This document shows positions 36,145 through 48,100 of a stretch of 64,000 nucleotides of DNA, in pieces. Position 1 is the stretch's first letter. The number at the start of each line of letters is the position of its first letter. The stretch spans positions 1-64,000 of the IMG/VR virus record IMGVR_UViG_3300020401_001540, one strand, 5' to 3'. The notes beneath the pieces are model-generated. The model worked only from the letters and a program-made list of their open reading frames with translations, did no database searches and had not been told where the DNA came from. A program made the position numbers and the translations under genes. This DNA is from a virus.

Positions 36145-37614
36145 TTATAACTTCAAAATACATTCAACTAATGTCTCTTCGTGCCTGTCATTGCTTTCTA
36201 AGGCAATACCAATCATGTCTCCGCTTCCATCAACACTTGCTGTACCGTTTTTAGCAACATGTACAGGCTCCCCTTTATTTACCGGACCTGTTATACGCAC
36301 TGGCACTCTTCCGACTAACGCTACGGCTTGTCCTTCGGCTTCTGAATTCATTAAGTAAGCAGGTTTTGTACTGATTACTCCAATACAAATACCATGTTCA
36401 TCTTCACATGCAGTTGCTTCAGCTTCTCCACCTATCATCATTAGTGTTCCTACAGGGTAATTTTTATCAGTTGTATATTTTTCTGCCAAGTCAGCGTATC
36501 TTGCTTGTGTAGATATACCATTGAAAACGTTTGCCGCTAAATTACCACTTGAATCTCTTACTGCTACAGTATTATTTGTTGCACTTACGTCACCTGTTCT
36601 ATAGTTAGAACCAACTTGTAAGTTAATTGCGTTAGTTGCTAATCCATTAAATGCAGTAGCATACATATTTCTGAACTTGAAGTTTACATCACCAATATCA
36701 AATGTGTTAGTAGTTGTTGGAATTAATCCTACACTTTGAATATGGAATGGTTCAGTTGCAACTCCTCCACTTGATCTTACCTTTAATCTAATTTTTGTTC
36801 CAACAGTATTTTCTATTACACCTTCATCACCGTTGGTAATAAACACAGCAAGGTCATTTGCCGCACCAACTGTAAAACCTGCGTCAGCAAATCTTGTGAT
36901 ACTTGTAAAGTTTGCACTTCCTGCCAATGCATAATCACTTGCAGGCAAACCATTTAATCTTTCTGCGTTTGTAGCAGTACCATGGAATCTGTGAGCTGTT
37001 GCTGTTACACCATTTGTAGCCGCTGTTGTGTTTCTTAGTGTTAAACCTTGTCTTACAACATCAAATCCTGTAATAACATTGCTTGGATCTGTAGCATCAA
37101 TTGTAAATTCTGCATTACTTATAATGAATACAACACCATCATCAACTGTACCTTTGATTATAGTTCTGTTTACCTGGTTATTGTCGCGTACAATACTTGT
37201 AACCATTGCAGAAACTGTTTCACCTATGGACTGTGGACCGATTAGGACAAATCCACCATTTGCGTTTTGTGCATATAACTGATTGTTATTGGTATCCCAC
37301 CAAAAATCTCCAGTTGTAAGTCCAACTGGTTGTGTAGTGGATACTTCCGCTCCGCCTGTTGTTCTAAATTTTGTTCCGTCGTAAAATTTTAGTTTTTTTA
37401 CTGCACTATCAAACCAAATCTGTCCTGACAAAGGACTTGCAGGTTGGTTTGCACTTGAAAAATTCTCAAGCAAATGGACGAAGTTTTCGTTTTGTATTTC
37501 ACCATAACCAGCATAGTTTTTACCAACTAATTTAAGCGTTGTGCTTTGGTCGATAGTTCCATCTTCAACCGAAGTTAACTGTGTGCCATTTGTTAAATTT
37601 ATTATGTACGCCAT
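36145..37614 (-). CDS. Tail fibre protein with C-terminal intramolecular-chaperone-like domain
   Basis: Shared MAY.IN...GKNY.GYGE...ENF N-domain. C-terminal YADLAEKY...GVIST.PAYLMN...VALVGRVPV. Confidence 0.8.
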   Translation of the reverse strand: MAYIINLTNGTQLTSVEDGTIDQSTTLKLVGKNYAGYGEIQNENFVHLLENFSSANQPASPLSGQIWFDSAVKKLKFYDGTKFRTTGGAEVSTTQPVGLTTGDFWWDTNNNQLYAQNANGGFVLIGPQSIGETVSAMVTSIVRDNNQVNRTIIKGTVDDGVVFIISNAEFTIDATDPSNVITGFDVVRQGLTLRNTTAATNGVTATAHRFHGTATNAERLNGLPASDYALAGSANFTSITRFADAGFTVGAANDLAVFITNGDEGVIENTVGTKIRLKVRSSGGVATEPFHIQSVGLIPTTTNTFDIGDVNFKFRNMYATAFNGLATNAINLQVGSNYRTGDVSATNNTVAVRDSSGNLAANVFNGISTQARYADLAEKYTTDKNYPVGTLMMIGGEAEATACEDEHGICIGVISTKPAYLMNSEAEGQAVALVGRVPVRITGPVNKGEPVHVAKNGTASVDGSGDMIGIALESNDRHEETLVECILKL

Positions 37615-37642
37615 TTATTAACCCCTAATCATGTGTTACATG

Positions 37643-37649
37643 TATTTAT
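37643..37649 (-). promoter_or_regulatory. Putative late promoter ATAAATA overlapping a stop codon
   Basis: TATTTAT on the + strand. Includes the TAA of 37646..39481. Confidence 0.55.
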
Positions 37650-39481
37650 ACTAAATTGCCCGGAGTTAAGTCTTGCACATACTCCCAGGAACCGTTGTTT
37701 ACTCTAAATAATTTTAATGTTCTTGCTACTGTTGATGTAATTGCACCAGTAACATCGTTAAATGTTGCATCTCCTATAACAGATGCTGACCCATCATCTG
37801 CACCATTTCCGTCTAATTTTTGTACTACTTCTAAACTTTTGTTGAAACTAGTGTTCAAATTCGCCGCAGATAGTGTTGCTTGGGCTCCTACAGTGGATGT
37901 ACAGTGTACTCTAGCTTCTGTACCGTTTATTTTTGTTGCACTCGGAGCAATATCATTTATAATTGTGGCGATATTTGAGTGTAGCGTAGAACCTGTACCT
38001 AAACCTGTTATATCTAGTGTCAAAGGAATAACTTCCAAATCAATACTGCTATCTACGTATGCTTTAGTTGCAACATCTTGCGGTGCAATAGGATCTGCTA
38101 CATTTCTAATTTTCACTTGATTAACATAGTTCATGTCTCCAGCTAATGTTAAGTTTAAGCCGTTGCCACTTGCGTCTGTAACTCCTGTGCTTATACCTAT
38201 TCCGCCAGTAAAACTGATGTTTCCTATGTTTGCCTGTGTCAAATTACCAATACTAGTAAGTCCAGGAGCACTTGTTCCATCAATTAAGTCAATTCCGTTG
38301 TATTTTAGCTTTGCTGAACCAGTTAAATTTATACTTACATTTGTTGTCCAAGCATTATTTGCATTTCTCCAAAGCCATTCTTTGTTTCCATTTAAACCTT
38401 CTACTGTGATTCCTGACTCATCTGCTTGTGCATCTGTCAATAAAGTACTATCGTCACCTCTTGCTAGTTGGATTTGTTTATCTCTTACACGCAAAGTATC
38501 AACATCAATAATAGTTTGCGTACCATTTACCTTTAAATTACCTGTTATATTGACATCGCCACCAACATCTAGTGTAGCTGATGGACTAGTATTGAAAATT
38601 CCAACTCTACCTAATGAAGATTTAATTGTAACTGCATCTGCTTTACCTGTGCTTGTAGTCATTCTCAGCGTATAATCTTCACCACTAACGTTATTCTCTG
38701 CAACAACACCCAAATTAGTGACTTTGACAACATGGTTATCAGTCAATCCAACTGTCATTCCATTATTGTTTCTTACCGTTAATGCACCACTTGTTGAATC
38801 ATCTGAATCACTAGCAAGGAACTGTCCTGCTGTCCTTACATTTCCTTGTGCATCAATAAGCGATTGTGTCCTTGTTGCTGTGCCTGCAAATAGAAAATCA
38901 TTATCTACAACATTAAATCCTTTTACAACGTCTCCGGTGAAGCCTGGTATTGTGTCAATGTTCTGAGGACTGAAAGCAATCTTACTCCATAATCCTACTA
39001 GAGTACCTCCAACCCAATATTTTACAATAGTTCTACTTGTTCCAGTGTTATCTAGAACTGTAACAACCTGCGGCCCTGATCGTCCTTGGAAAGCATTATA
39101 AATTGGACCTGCTAATTCTAAATCAGTTCCATCAAAAAAGTATAATTGATTTTGATCATTGTTAATCCAAAGGTCGCCTGCCACCATTGTTGGTCTAGCC
39201 GGACCTACTAATGGTCCTCCACCAGTGGTCCAAGCAGTACCTGTATATACTTTCAATCTAGATGATGCTGTGTCCCACCAAATTTGACCAGCTAAAGGAT
39301 TTGCCGGAGCACTTGCATTCGCAAAGTTTTCCAACATTTTTACAAAGTTTTCGTTTATTGCTTCACCAAAACCTGAATAGTTTTTTCCTATTAATGTAAT
39401 ATCCGTTGATGCTACATCAATTTGTCCGTCTGCTAGATTTACAAGTAAAGCGCCGCTTGTTTTATTAATTTGATATGCCAT
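37646..39481 (-). CDS. Tail fibre protein
   Basis: Same N-domain as its neighbours, plus GRVGI..TSPSATLDVGG and NVADP..PQDVATKAYVD fibre motifs. Confidence 0.8.
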   Translation of the reverse strand: MAYQINKTSGALLVNLADGQIDVASTDITLIGKNYSGFGEAINENFVKMLENFANASAPANPLAGQIWWDTASSRLKVYTGTAWTTGGGPLVGPARPTMVAGDLWINNDQNQLYFFDGTDLELAGPIYNAFQGRSGPQVVTVLDNTGTSRTIVKYWVGGTLVGLWSKIAFSPQNIDTIPGFTGDVVKGFNVVDNDFLFAGTATRTQSLIDAQGNVRTAGQFLASDSDDSTSGALTVRNNNGMTVGLTDNHVVKVTNLGVVAENNVSGEDYTLRMTTSTGKADAVTIKSSLGRVGIFNTSPSATLDVGGDVNITGNLKVNGTQTIIDVDTLRVRDKQIQLARGDDSTLLTDAQADESGITVEGLNGNKEWLWRNANNAWTTNVSINLTGSAKLKYNGIDLIDGTSAPGLTSIGNLTQANIGNISFTGGIGISTGVTDASGNGLNLTLAGDMNYVNQVKIRNVADPIAPQDVATKAYVDSSIDLEVIPLTLDITGLGTGSTLHSNIATIINDIAPSATKINGTEARVHCTSTVGAQATLSAANLNTSFNKSLEVVQKLDGNGADDGSASVIGDATFNDVTGAITSTVARTLKLFRVNNGSWEYVQDLTPGNLV

Positions 39482-41562
39482 TAGCCCCCAACTCCTGTAT
39501 AAATGATATACTTAACTGTCAAGAACGGGTTCATTACGTTGTATGGTGTTCCAAGTTCTGTAATATCAAATGTTTGGTATTCTTCAACACCTGTATTTTG
39601 ATTGTATGCAATATTTCTTCTGTTAAGCACACCACCTGATGATGTTCTAGCTTGTCCTGCACCTGTACCAGTAGGAGCATCATAAGAAATAGTGTCAGCA
39701 TCTTGTGGAGTGCCACTATCATCTAAGATAACATAAAACTGAGCACCTTTTGGTGATCTTAAATCGTGTTCGTGTTCTGGTAAATTTCTAACATCAATTG
39801 CTCTACTTTCAACACCAGATGCTAATCCAACTGTGTCAGCGTTTACATCTGATACTCTATTTGCACTTGTGCCACCCAAGTTGTCAGCACCAAGAGGAAA
39901 TCTACCACGTAAATCAGGTAAACCAAATTGTCCCGATGTAACCTGGCTTTGATCTTTAAACTGATATTGTATTGTATTAAACAATGTTAAATAATCTGCT
40001 ATTCTTACTTCCGTTCCATCACAAAGTAACCAACCTGCAGGAGTGCTTACACCTGCAAAAGGCACAATAGTTCCAATTGGAATAACAGGTACCGAGCTTA
40101 CTAATGCTTGTTGTGAAATTTTAAATACGCCTGTTTCATCGCCTGATATTCTGTTAATAATAATTTCATCATCATTATTTGGAGTCGTAGTTAAAGTTTT
40201 GTTAGCAATAAAAGTGTTGCTTATAGATGTGTTAAAAGTTTTTGTAGTACCACCAGTTTGTCCATCAAAGGTAATTTGATTTGAACTTACGTCTCCTGTC
40301 AGTTCAAAAGTCGATGCACTAGTAAGTTTGTTTGCGTTTGCCGCGCCACCTGTAACTGTACCTGTAATGTTTCCTACTAAATTACCTCTAAATTCAACTG
40401 CATGTACTTGCGACCATCTCTTGTCACTTGATCCTAAGTTCGAAGTTTGTGTGTTTGCTGGTAAAATGGATCCTGTTGTACTTGTCCCAGCAACATTTAA
40501 ATCTGTACCTACATAAAGTTTTTTGGCAATTCCTACACCACCTGATATCTTAACTGCACCTGTACCAATACTTGCACTATCTGTAGTACCTTGAATAATA
40601 AGATTTGTACTTGCTTGTATTGATCCTGCTACGTCTAATGCTTCAGCAGGTGATAAAGTATTAATTCCTACCTTTTCTGTTGAGTCAATTCTAATTACGT
40701 TTGCTTGTGTTCCTAAATTGTTAACTTTGAAATCTATAGGTGCACCTGACGTTAAGTTTGTAATTACTCCAGATGTACCTTGGACGTCAAATGTAACAAT
40801 AGCATCTTGTCCTACTTGCAAACCTTTGTTGTTACTAATAACAATTTGTTCATTTGATGTACTTGAAACATCACTTCTTAAAAAGTTTGTAGCTGAAACA
40901 CTGACTCCGCCTATAACTAAATTTTCTGCTTTTTCACTTGTTCCTAAAAATTTTCCTACACCGGCGCCACCTATGTCAGCACTTGATAAGTTAAGTCCTG
41001 GTTGAATAATTGTAAATCCAACAATAGTTGATTTAGGTTGGAAAGTTTTTGTTGAATAAATTGCAACAGGACTTCCCCCAACTTCAACTTGTAGTATGGT
41101 ATAGTTTATTTCATCTTTACCTGTAACTACAACAGGCTTAGATCCTGTCAATAAACCGTCACTGTATTCTGGGCCAACCAATGTCCAACCAGAACCAGTA
41201 AAAATATAAAGCTGATTATTATCAGTATCTGACCAAAGGTCTCCAGTCAAAGCAGAACTTACATCAGGAGCATTATTTCCTTTTTTCAATCCACTTGCAT
41301 TAATCCAACCAGTACCATCATATAACTTCAATGTGTTTACACCAGTTGAACTATCATACCATAATTGTCCTTGCACAGGATTACGTGGTGCCGCGTTATT
41401 TGCAAAATTTTCTAATAAGTGTAAAAAGCTCTCTGCAATAACTGATCCATAACTTGTTGTATTACGTCCTGGAATATCTAAGCTGGTAGCTTGATTAATT
41501 GTACTATCTTCAATTGATATAGTACCTTTGTTGCTGTCTGAGTAATTAATAGTATAAGCCAT
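39481..41562 (-). CDS. Tail fibre protein with phage tail-collar domain (gp12/gp10-like)
   Basis: PIGTIVPFAG..TPAGWLLCDG...LF.TI...F.LPDLRGRF collar domain, NLPEHEH and NPFLTVKYII. Confidence 0.85.
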   Translation of the reverse strand: MAYTINYSDSNKGTISIEDSTINQATSLDIPGRNTTSYGSVIAESFLHLLENFANNAAPRNPVQGQLWYDSSTGVNTLKLYDGTGWINASGLKKGNNAPDVSSALTGDLWSDTDNNQLYIFTGSGWTLVGPEYSDGLLTGSKPVVVTGKDEINYTILQVEVGGSPVAIYSTKTFQPKSTIVGFTIIQPGLNLSSADIGGAGVGKFLGTSEKAENLVIGGVSVSATNFLRSDVSSTSNEQIVISNNKGLQVGQDAIVTFDVQGTSGVITNLTSGAPIDFKVNNLGTQANVIRIDSTEKVGINTLSPAEALDVAGSIQASTNLIIQGTTDSASIGTGAVKISGGVGIAKKLYVGTDLNVAGTSTTGSILPANTQTSNLGSSDKRWSQVHAVEFRGNLVGNITGTVTGGAANANKLTSASTFELTGDVSSNQITFDGQTGGTTKTFNTSISNTFIANKTLTTTPNNDDEIIINRISGDETGVFKISQQALVSSVPVIPIGTIVPFAGVSTPAGWLLCDGTEVRIADYLTLFNTIQYQFKDQSQVTSGQFGLPDLRGRFPLGADNLGGTSANRVSDVNADTVGLASGVESRAIDVRNLPEHEHDLRSPKGAQFYVILDDSGTPQDADTISYDAPTGTGAGQARTSSGGVLNRRNIAYNQNTGVEEYQTFDITELGTPYNVMNPFLTVKYIIYTGVGG

Positions 41563-42173
41563 TATTCATTAAATCCTGATAAACTTTGTACTCTTACAGT
41601 GTAATCTATCTGTACCAGACGATTTAAACTCTTTTGTACTGGGTGGAAAATTACGTGAGTTAACAATCTTCCCTGTCCGGAAGGACTATAACTTACTAAA
41701 CCTAATTCATCAAATACATACAAACTGTCTGCGTTTGTTGCATTATCAATGGCATCCTGTCCTGTAGGCTCACCATAATCTAGTAAACAACTTACTAATA
41801 TGTCCGTGTAGTTAGTTCCGCTTACATGTCTTGATTCTATCTTATTACGAGCAGGATCTGTGTTATTAACACTTCTATCGTCAACTACCTTAATAAATGT
41901 TTGATTGTATAAACTTGCATTTGTACCAGTTGAATTTGGTGTTAGATACGTAATAATACCTGTAGGATCGATACTAGTACCACCGTTTCCAAATGCCATT
42001 TGATATATAAAACCTTCTCCAGCATTAGCTAAACTTTCTGCTAGTGAAATACTCATGTTTTCATAATGGATAGCATTGCGTTTATCCACTAATATTTCAC
42101 CTGTTTCCGGGTTGGTTATTTTAATGTGTCCTTGGAGTAAAACTCCGTTTTCTTCTTTAAGTTTGTCAATCAT
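41562..42173 (-). CDS. Baseplate-associated structural protein (putative)
   Basis: GHIKI...NAIH...MAFGNGG...FDELGL...HPVQKS. Lies between the baseplate and fibre genes. Confidence 0.65.
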   Translation of the reverse strand: MIDKLKEENGVLLQGHIKITNPETGEILVDKRNAIHYENMSISLAESLANAGEGFIYQMAFGNGGTSIDPTGIITYLTPNSTGTNASLYNQTFIKVVDDRSVNNTDPARNKIESRHVSGTNYTDILVSCLLDYGEPTGQDAIDNATNADSLYVFDELGLVSYSPSGQGRLLTHVIFHPVQKSLNRLVQIDYTVRVQSLSGFNE

Positions 42174-42191
42174 AATGTTTTCCTACAACTG

Positions 42192-42198
42192 TATTTAT
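42192..42198 (-). promoter_or_regulatory. Putative late promoter ATAAATA overlapping a stop codon
   Basis: TATTTAT on the + strand. Includes the TAA of the 5002-aa gene, with a GTAGGA SD downstream. Confidence 0.55.
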
Positions 42199-45100
42199 TT
42201 TGGTAGCTCCACCTTTTCTGCCTTAAAGAAACGTGCTACCGAACTTTCCGAATCATTAAGCGAAACTCCAGGATCTGCCCAAACTGTACCTTGTCTGCGT
42301 ATAATTTGTACCTTAACACCACTTGCTGGTGTATTTAACAAAGTTACTGCCGGCGTATTACCTGTGACTGAGAATTCTGCAGGAGCAGTAATATCTGCTT
42401 CTGGACTATCTTGATCTTTTGTTGGATCAAATACCTGAATTTCTGTTTTTCTTAGACGTTTACCAGCAACAAAAACTTCAAATTCATTGACTGAATTAGG
42501 TGTAAATCCGAGATCAAATACCGAAGTTGAACCGTCACCTATTTGTGTATCGGTAATTGTTTGATCTGCATATGGAGCAGTTTGTTGGATACCTTGGTTA
42601 TATACATCACTTCCGGCAAAATGCACTTCTGGTGCACCTGTTCCAAACGTACCACGCTGTATTTGGCGTAAAGTGTTACCCTGTCTAATTAAGAATTCTA
42701 TACGTTCTCCATTAATGAATATAATTCCTGGTACACTACTAGTTTTATCAGGAGAACTTATTGTGCTTGCATCATCTAATACAATTTCTTTGTCTGTTAC
42801 AAGTAAATCTTGTGCAAGTTTGATTGGTGCTACATCACCTAAACGTTTATATATGTTTCTATTAAGAATATCTTTAAACTGACTAAATCCAAACTTAGGT
42901 TCTGTTGCTCCTGTTGCACTGAATTGTATTACTTCTATTACGTCATTATCATTTAATATTCCATTATATTTTACAAATTTCTTATCATCAGTTAGTTTAT
43001 AATCAACGCTTGGAGTTTTCAAAATACCATTTACTGTCAACCAAACAAATTGTGCATCTATTGCTGGGTTACGTAATTTAACTAATCCAGCCTTTAAATG
43101 ATTGTATTGAATATGATCATCGGTTCCAACTGACAATGTTGATCTAGCAACGACATCAAAATTAATTCTTTCAAAGTCTTGGAAATCATGTTTGTTAAAT
43201 GTATATACTGTCAGCAATTCTCCTTCTGCCGGAGCAGTATTTAATTGTAATACATTACCACTATCGACCCATGTGTTTTGATTGTTTATAACTTGTATAC
43301 TACCAAATGCATAATCCCCATCTGTTCTAATATAAACTTCTAATTTATCTCCGTCTGTGCCTATTCCAGGTTCTAATATTATAGAACTATTTGCAGGACG
43401 TATATTATATTCAGTTGCAATTTTTAATTCAGTACCATTTAACAATACTAACACGTCTGAGTTATCAAAACTTCCTATAGGTCTTTGCCAAATTTCTAAA
43501 AAGTATTCACGCACACCATCTTCAACATTAAATTGTTGATTGTAACCAGGATTTAAAATTTTATTTCCTTGTTTTACAATAACATTATGACTGTTTGGTT
43601 TTGCACTGTAAGGAGTTTTAGCAAGAGTAAAGTTTACTGTTGATCCATCACCAGTAAATTCTTGCGTTTCTAATTTACTGAAACTATCTATTTTACTGTA
43701 GATTGCAAAATTAATAACACTTTGATCAGGTGGTGGACTACCAAAGAATAGCACTGCCTTGGTATCTTCAGATCCACTATCATCACTTGCAATTAAGACT
43801 GATTCTACCTGCTTGCCATTTACAGTTGCATAATAATCTAGATTAGCACTCCAGCGAGCCTTTGTAACATATTGAACTGAACAACCATCACCAATGAATT
43901 CATCAAACTCTACAATGTTATCACCGTTGCCGCTCACAGAAAGTATGTTTATAAAATCTCCTGCACTAGGTGGTGTTCTAAATTTAACTTTTTTAAGTCT
44001 ATAATCAACAATGTATGTATTTTGATTTTGTATTATTTCGTTTACCCTAACAATTAAACCATCTTTATTTTGCGGTTGTATTCCAAATCCAAATTCTACA
44101 TTTACGCCGTCGGCATTATAAGAGTTACTTGACAATAGACTTCCACCTTTGCTTTGTCTATGGAAAACTCTTATATCTACAGTGTCTAAAATTTGTCCTG
44201 GAACTTGCTCTTCAGGTCCTTTAGATGTTGTAGGTGTTACAAATCCATCTCCGTCCACAATGATCTCTTCTGGATTGATTCCTTTAGCAGTGAAGAATTG
44301 TAAATCTCCTCCACTTAATATTGTGTCATAAGATCTTGGATCAGGTAAAAATGCTCCATCTGATGTTGTCTTTCTAAATACCACAACATCATTAGCAACA
44401 AATTTTTGTACATCATTTGTAATTTCTACTGTTGTTTGTCCTGCACCTACTATACTTTGTAATACTGCATTGGCATTCGTTTGTGCATTTGTTCCAAAAT
44501 TAGGATCATCAATTCTTGTTCCGTTCAGATATACATTGTACACAACACCATTTTCTAAAGGCTTTGATAAATTAAATATTTCTGTGCTACCATCCATTTG
44601 GAATATTTCATCATCAAATGTTGTATCAAAAGTATCATATGTAGTTGTAAACCATTCATCTGAATCCCAACCAGTTCCTGACCCAAAGCTATAACTGCTT
44701 ACTTCAACTCCTCCATAGTCTATGCCTTCTAAAATTTGTCCTAAATCATTTCCATACATTCCGGTTGCTGGATTATAATAAAGATTAATTCTATCTTGTG
44801 CTTGTAACAAGTCTGGTGCTTTATCGTATTCTATAATAACATTTTGACCTGTCCTTAAAGGAAGAGTAAAAGTTATTCTTCCATAATATCTTGTGTAACC
44901 TTTAGAAGTGTCTTTAATGTTTTCAAAAGTATATTCACTACGTAAACTATCAAGTCCGTCAACTGTAACTTTTATTCTTGTAGATTTAAGTTGAACAGGC
45001 CATTTTAAATTAAATATCTGTTGGTTAATAACACTTGTAAATGTTTGTGTTTCATTAAGTTTACTAAACAGATATACTCCAGTAACTCTATCAAACTTGC

Positions 45101-48100
45101 ATCTTACATGCATGCCTCTTGCTTTACCTTTACCTAACACAGGACTTAATCTAGCAGTAGTTCCGCCTTCTTCCAACGATCCGATAATTTCAACATTTGG
45201 TTGTGAAAGATAACCGCTTCCTGATTTAGTTACTTCTACTGTTGTAACCCTGCCATTAGTACCTATGTAAGCTCTTGCTTCTGCACCTGAGCCGCCTCCG
45301 CCGGAAATTTTAATTTGAGGTGGTATTGAGTAACCACTACCTGCATCAGCTATATTCAATTCCAACAATTCAAAGCCAACATTCTCTGCCCAATGTTTGC
45401 TTGGATATTTTGTTATTTCAGAAGTTCCTGAAACAATTTGATTTTCCATCACTTGAACACTCTGTGGAATTATTTTTCCTGCGTCTGCATTGTAAACTGG
45501 AGGTAAATCAAAGTCGGTCATTACAGTTGAAGAAGGATCAATCTTTTCATACGAACTTAGATATTCTCTAATTTTTGTTTTGTATGGTTTAACTTCTTCA
45601 ACAAAATTTTCGTAACTTGATAAATTATCGTTTTGGAAATTAGTTTTTTGTTTTAATTCGCCGATATTGTGTTTTGCTTTTATGAAGCTAGTTTTGAAAA
45701 CCCAATCTACATTTGGTTGTTCTGCAAAAACGTATCTAATACTTGCAAAGAATAATTCGTTCCATTTGCCTGCTAATTCATCTATGAAGATATCATTTTT
45801 AATTGCATCTATTAGAACTCTAAATTCCTCAACAGGCTCAGTGTCATAGAATATCTTATCAAAACTTGCTCCATCATATGCAATATTTTCGTTTGTTACA
45901 TCATACAAGCTATTCAAAAATTCAATAGTACCGTTTTGTCTTCCAATCGTATTGTAATTTATTGAATAATCATCTGTCTCTTGATTATCTTTTTTCTGTA
46001 ACAGTAACCATCCGCCAGTTCCAACATTATCTATTTTTACGACATCTCCTATGTTATCACCTAATCCAGATAATTCATAGCTTGACGAAAGCTGGAAAGA
46101 TATAGGTGTAAATTGATTGAATCCTGTCGCATACCAATCAATGTATTTCCAATAAGCATTAACATCATATGCTTGTGTAAGAGTTCTTTGCCATTCGGTA
46201 CCTATCCATTCAAAAATTGCCCATTTACCACCAACTGTCTCATCATTTTGCACAAGGACACTGAATTTTCTTATTAATATAGAAACGTTATTTGTATAGT
46301 TTTGTCCTGCACTAACAATTTCAACATCTGATATAGCACCGTTTGCATCTAGTGTAAATTTAAGTTCACAACCTGTTCCTTGTGCATCGGATATTGTGTA
46401 AGTTGGAGGATTAATATATCCTTGTCCGCCATCATTTATTATGACGTTTATGATGTTACCATTTTCAACTTCTAGTGTAAGGCTAGCTTGTCTAACTTTA
46501 GCAACACTTACAAAATTTAATTCTGCAAAGCTATCACTAGTAGTATCAAACTTTCCTTCTGCATTTGTAGGCAAAGGATCTATTCTGGTCAGTTTTGTTA
46601 AATCTTTATCATCAACAATTAAATTTTCTTTTAATGTTTTATTAATTCTTTCTACAAACTGCTTTCTAGCTTCAGTTTTATTAACGAACCAAGATTGTCT
46701 AGGTTCATTTAAGTTTCCATATTTTTGTCTTACTGGAAGATTTATATCTGGCACTGGTCTATCGTTTTTGTCAAAACCGACCAAACTATCATACCATTTC
46801 TGTTCTAAATCTGCACGTGGTATGCTTGTTTCTAAACCATCTGTTATAATTTGATATTCATTGTGTGTATTTTGTTCTTGATTTTCTATTGTCCACCAAT
46901 TCCAACTTATACCAACATTTTTGTCTTTAATGAATGGTTCACAATTGAACAAGCTAAATCTGTTTGATCCTAAAGGAGCAACAAATCTTGTACCAGCTGA
47001 TGCTGGATCTGATATTGCGGCCGCCACATCAAATGCACTTGTTCTTCTAGTATCCACTGACGGTAAAGTAGCTTTGTTCCTTACCCAGTAATAATAATAA
47101 TTTGTAAATGTTTGTGTAGCTGTATCGTATCTTCGTCTTACACTATATGCACTGTCACCGTACTTTGTTGTACCACTAATACCTTGTGTTAATCCAGCTT
47201 CAGAACCAGATTGTTCATCCCATTCGCTAGGAAGTAATGTAGTCTCTACCCATTCATAAACATCTACAACAGAACCTGGAAATAATTTGTTAAAGTTTTG
47301 TGTGGATTCAATTACATCTCCTTGATGGAAGTTTATAAATTTAGCACTTCCGATGTCCCACCAAATCTTTCCTATCCATTTTTCTGCTGTATAATCCATT
47401 GGATAAGCTGTAACAGAATCAATAGTGCTGACACTATATCTCGCAGGATCATAACTTACTTTAAAATCAATTTCTTGATCTGCTATGCCTGATATTTTTC
47501 CTTGTAATGGATCTATGTAATCTAAGTATGTAACTAAACTATTATCAGTTTTATCAAATAAGTATACTCCTTTTAATTTTGATGTGTCTACAGGATCTAC
47601 TGGACTTCTAGCAATAGTCCAGTTTGTCATACCTTGTGGTTTTCTGTATTCTGCGACTAGTCCTCTGTCAATTTCATTTGTTAAATTGACTTGTTGTTTA
47701 GGCAATCCTAAGTAAATGTGATTATCATTTACACGCATGATATTTCCAAAGTCTTGCGTATCTGTATTATATGCAAAGTCTTGGGCATACAATAATGTAT
47801 CGTTGATTGTTTCATATATACTTACTAGACCGCTATCATTGTCTATTAATTTAAATTCTGTACTTGCATTATCAAATTGTGTTGAAGATTGATCGAATGT
47901 TGTTACTTTTTCTAAGTCACCGCCACGTGAAGTAATTGCTAATGTATTTCCGTCAAAGTCTAATTTAAAACCAAAACGTGTGTTTGGCTGTTTATCTCTC
48001 GGACGTATGGTTTGTCTATATGAAAATGTTGTTCCGTTTTGCACATAGATATATACACAACCACCGTTTGGAACTAGTTCACTATTAAACGGAGCTCCCA

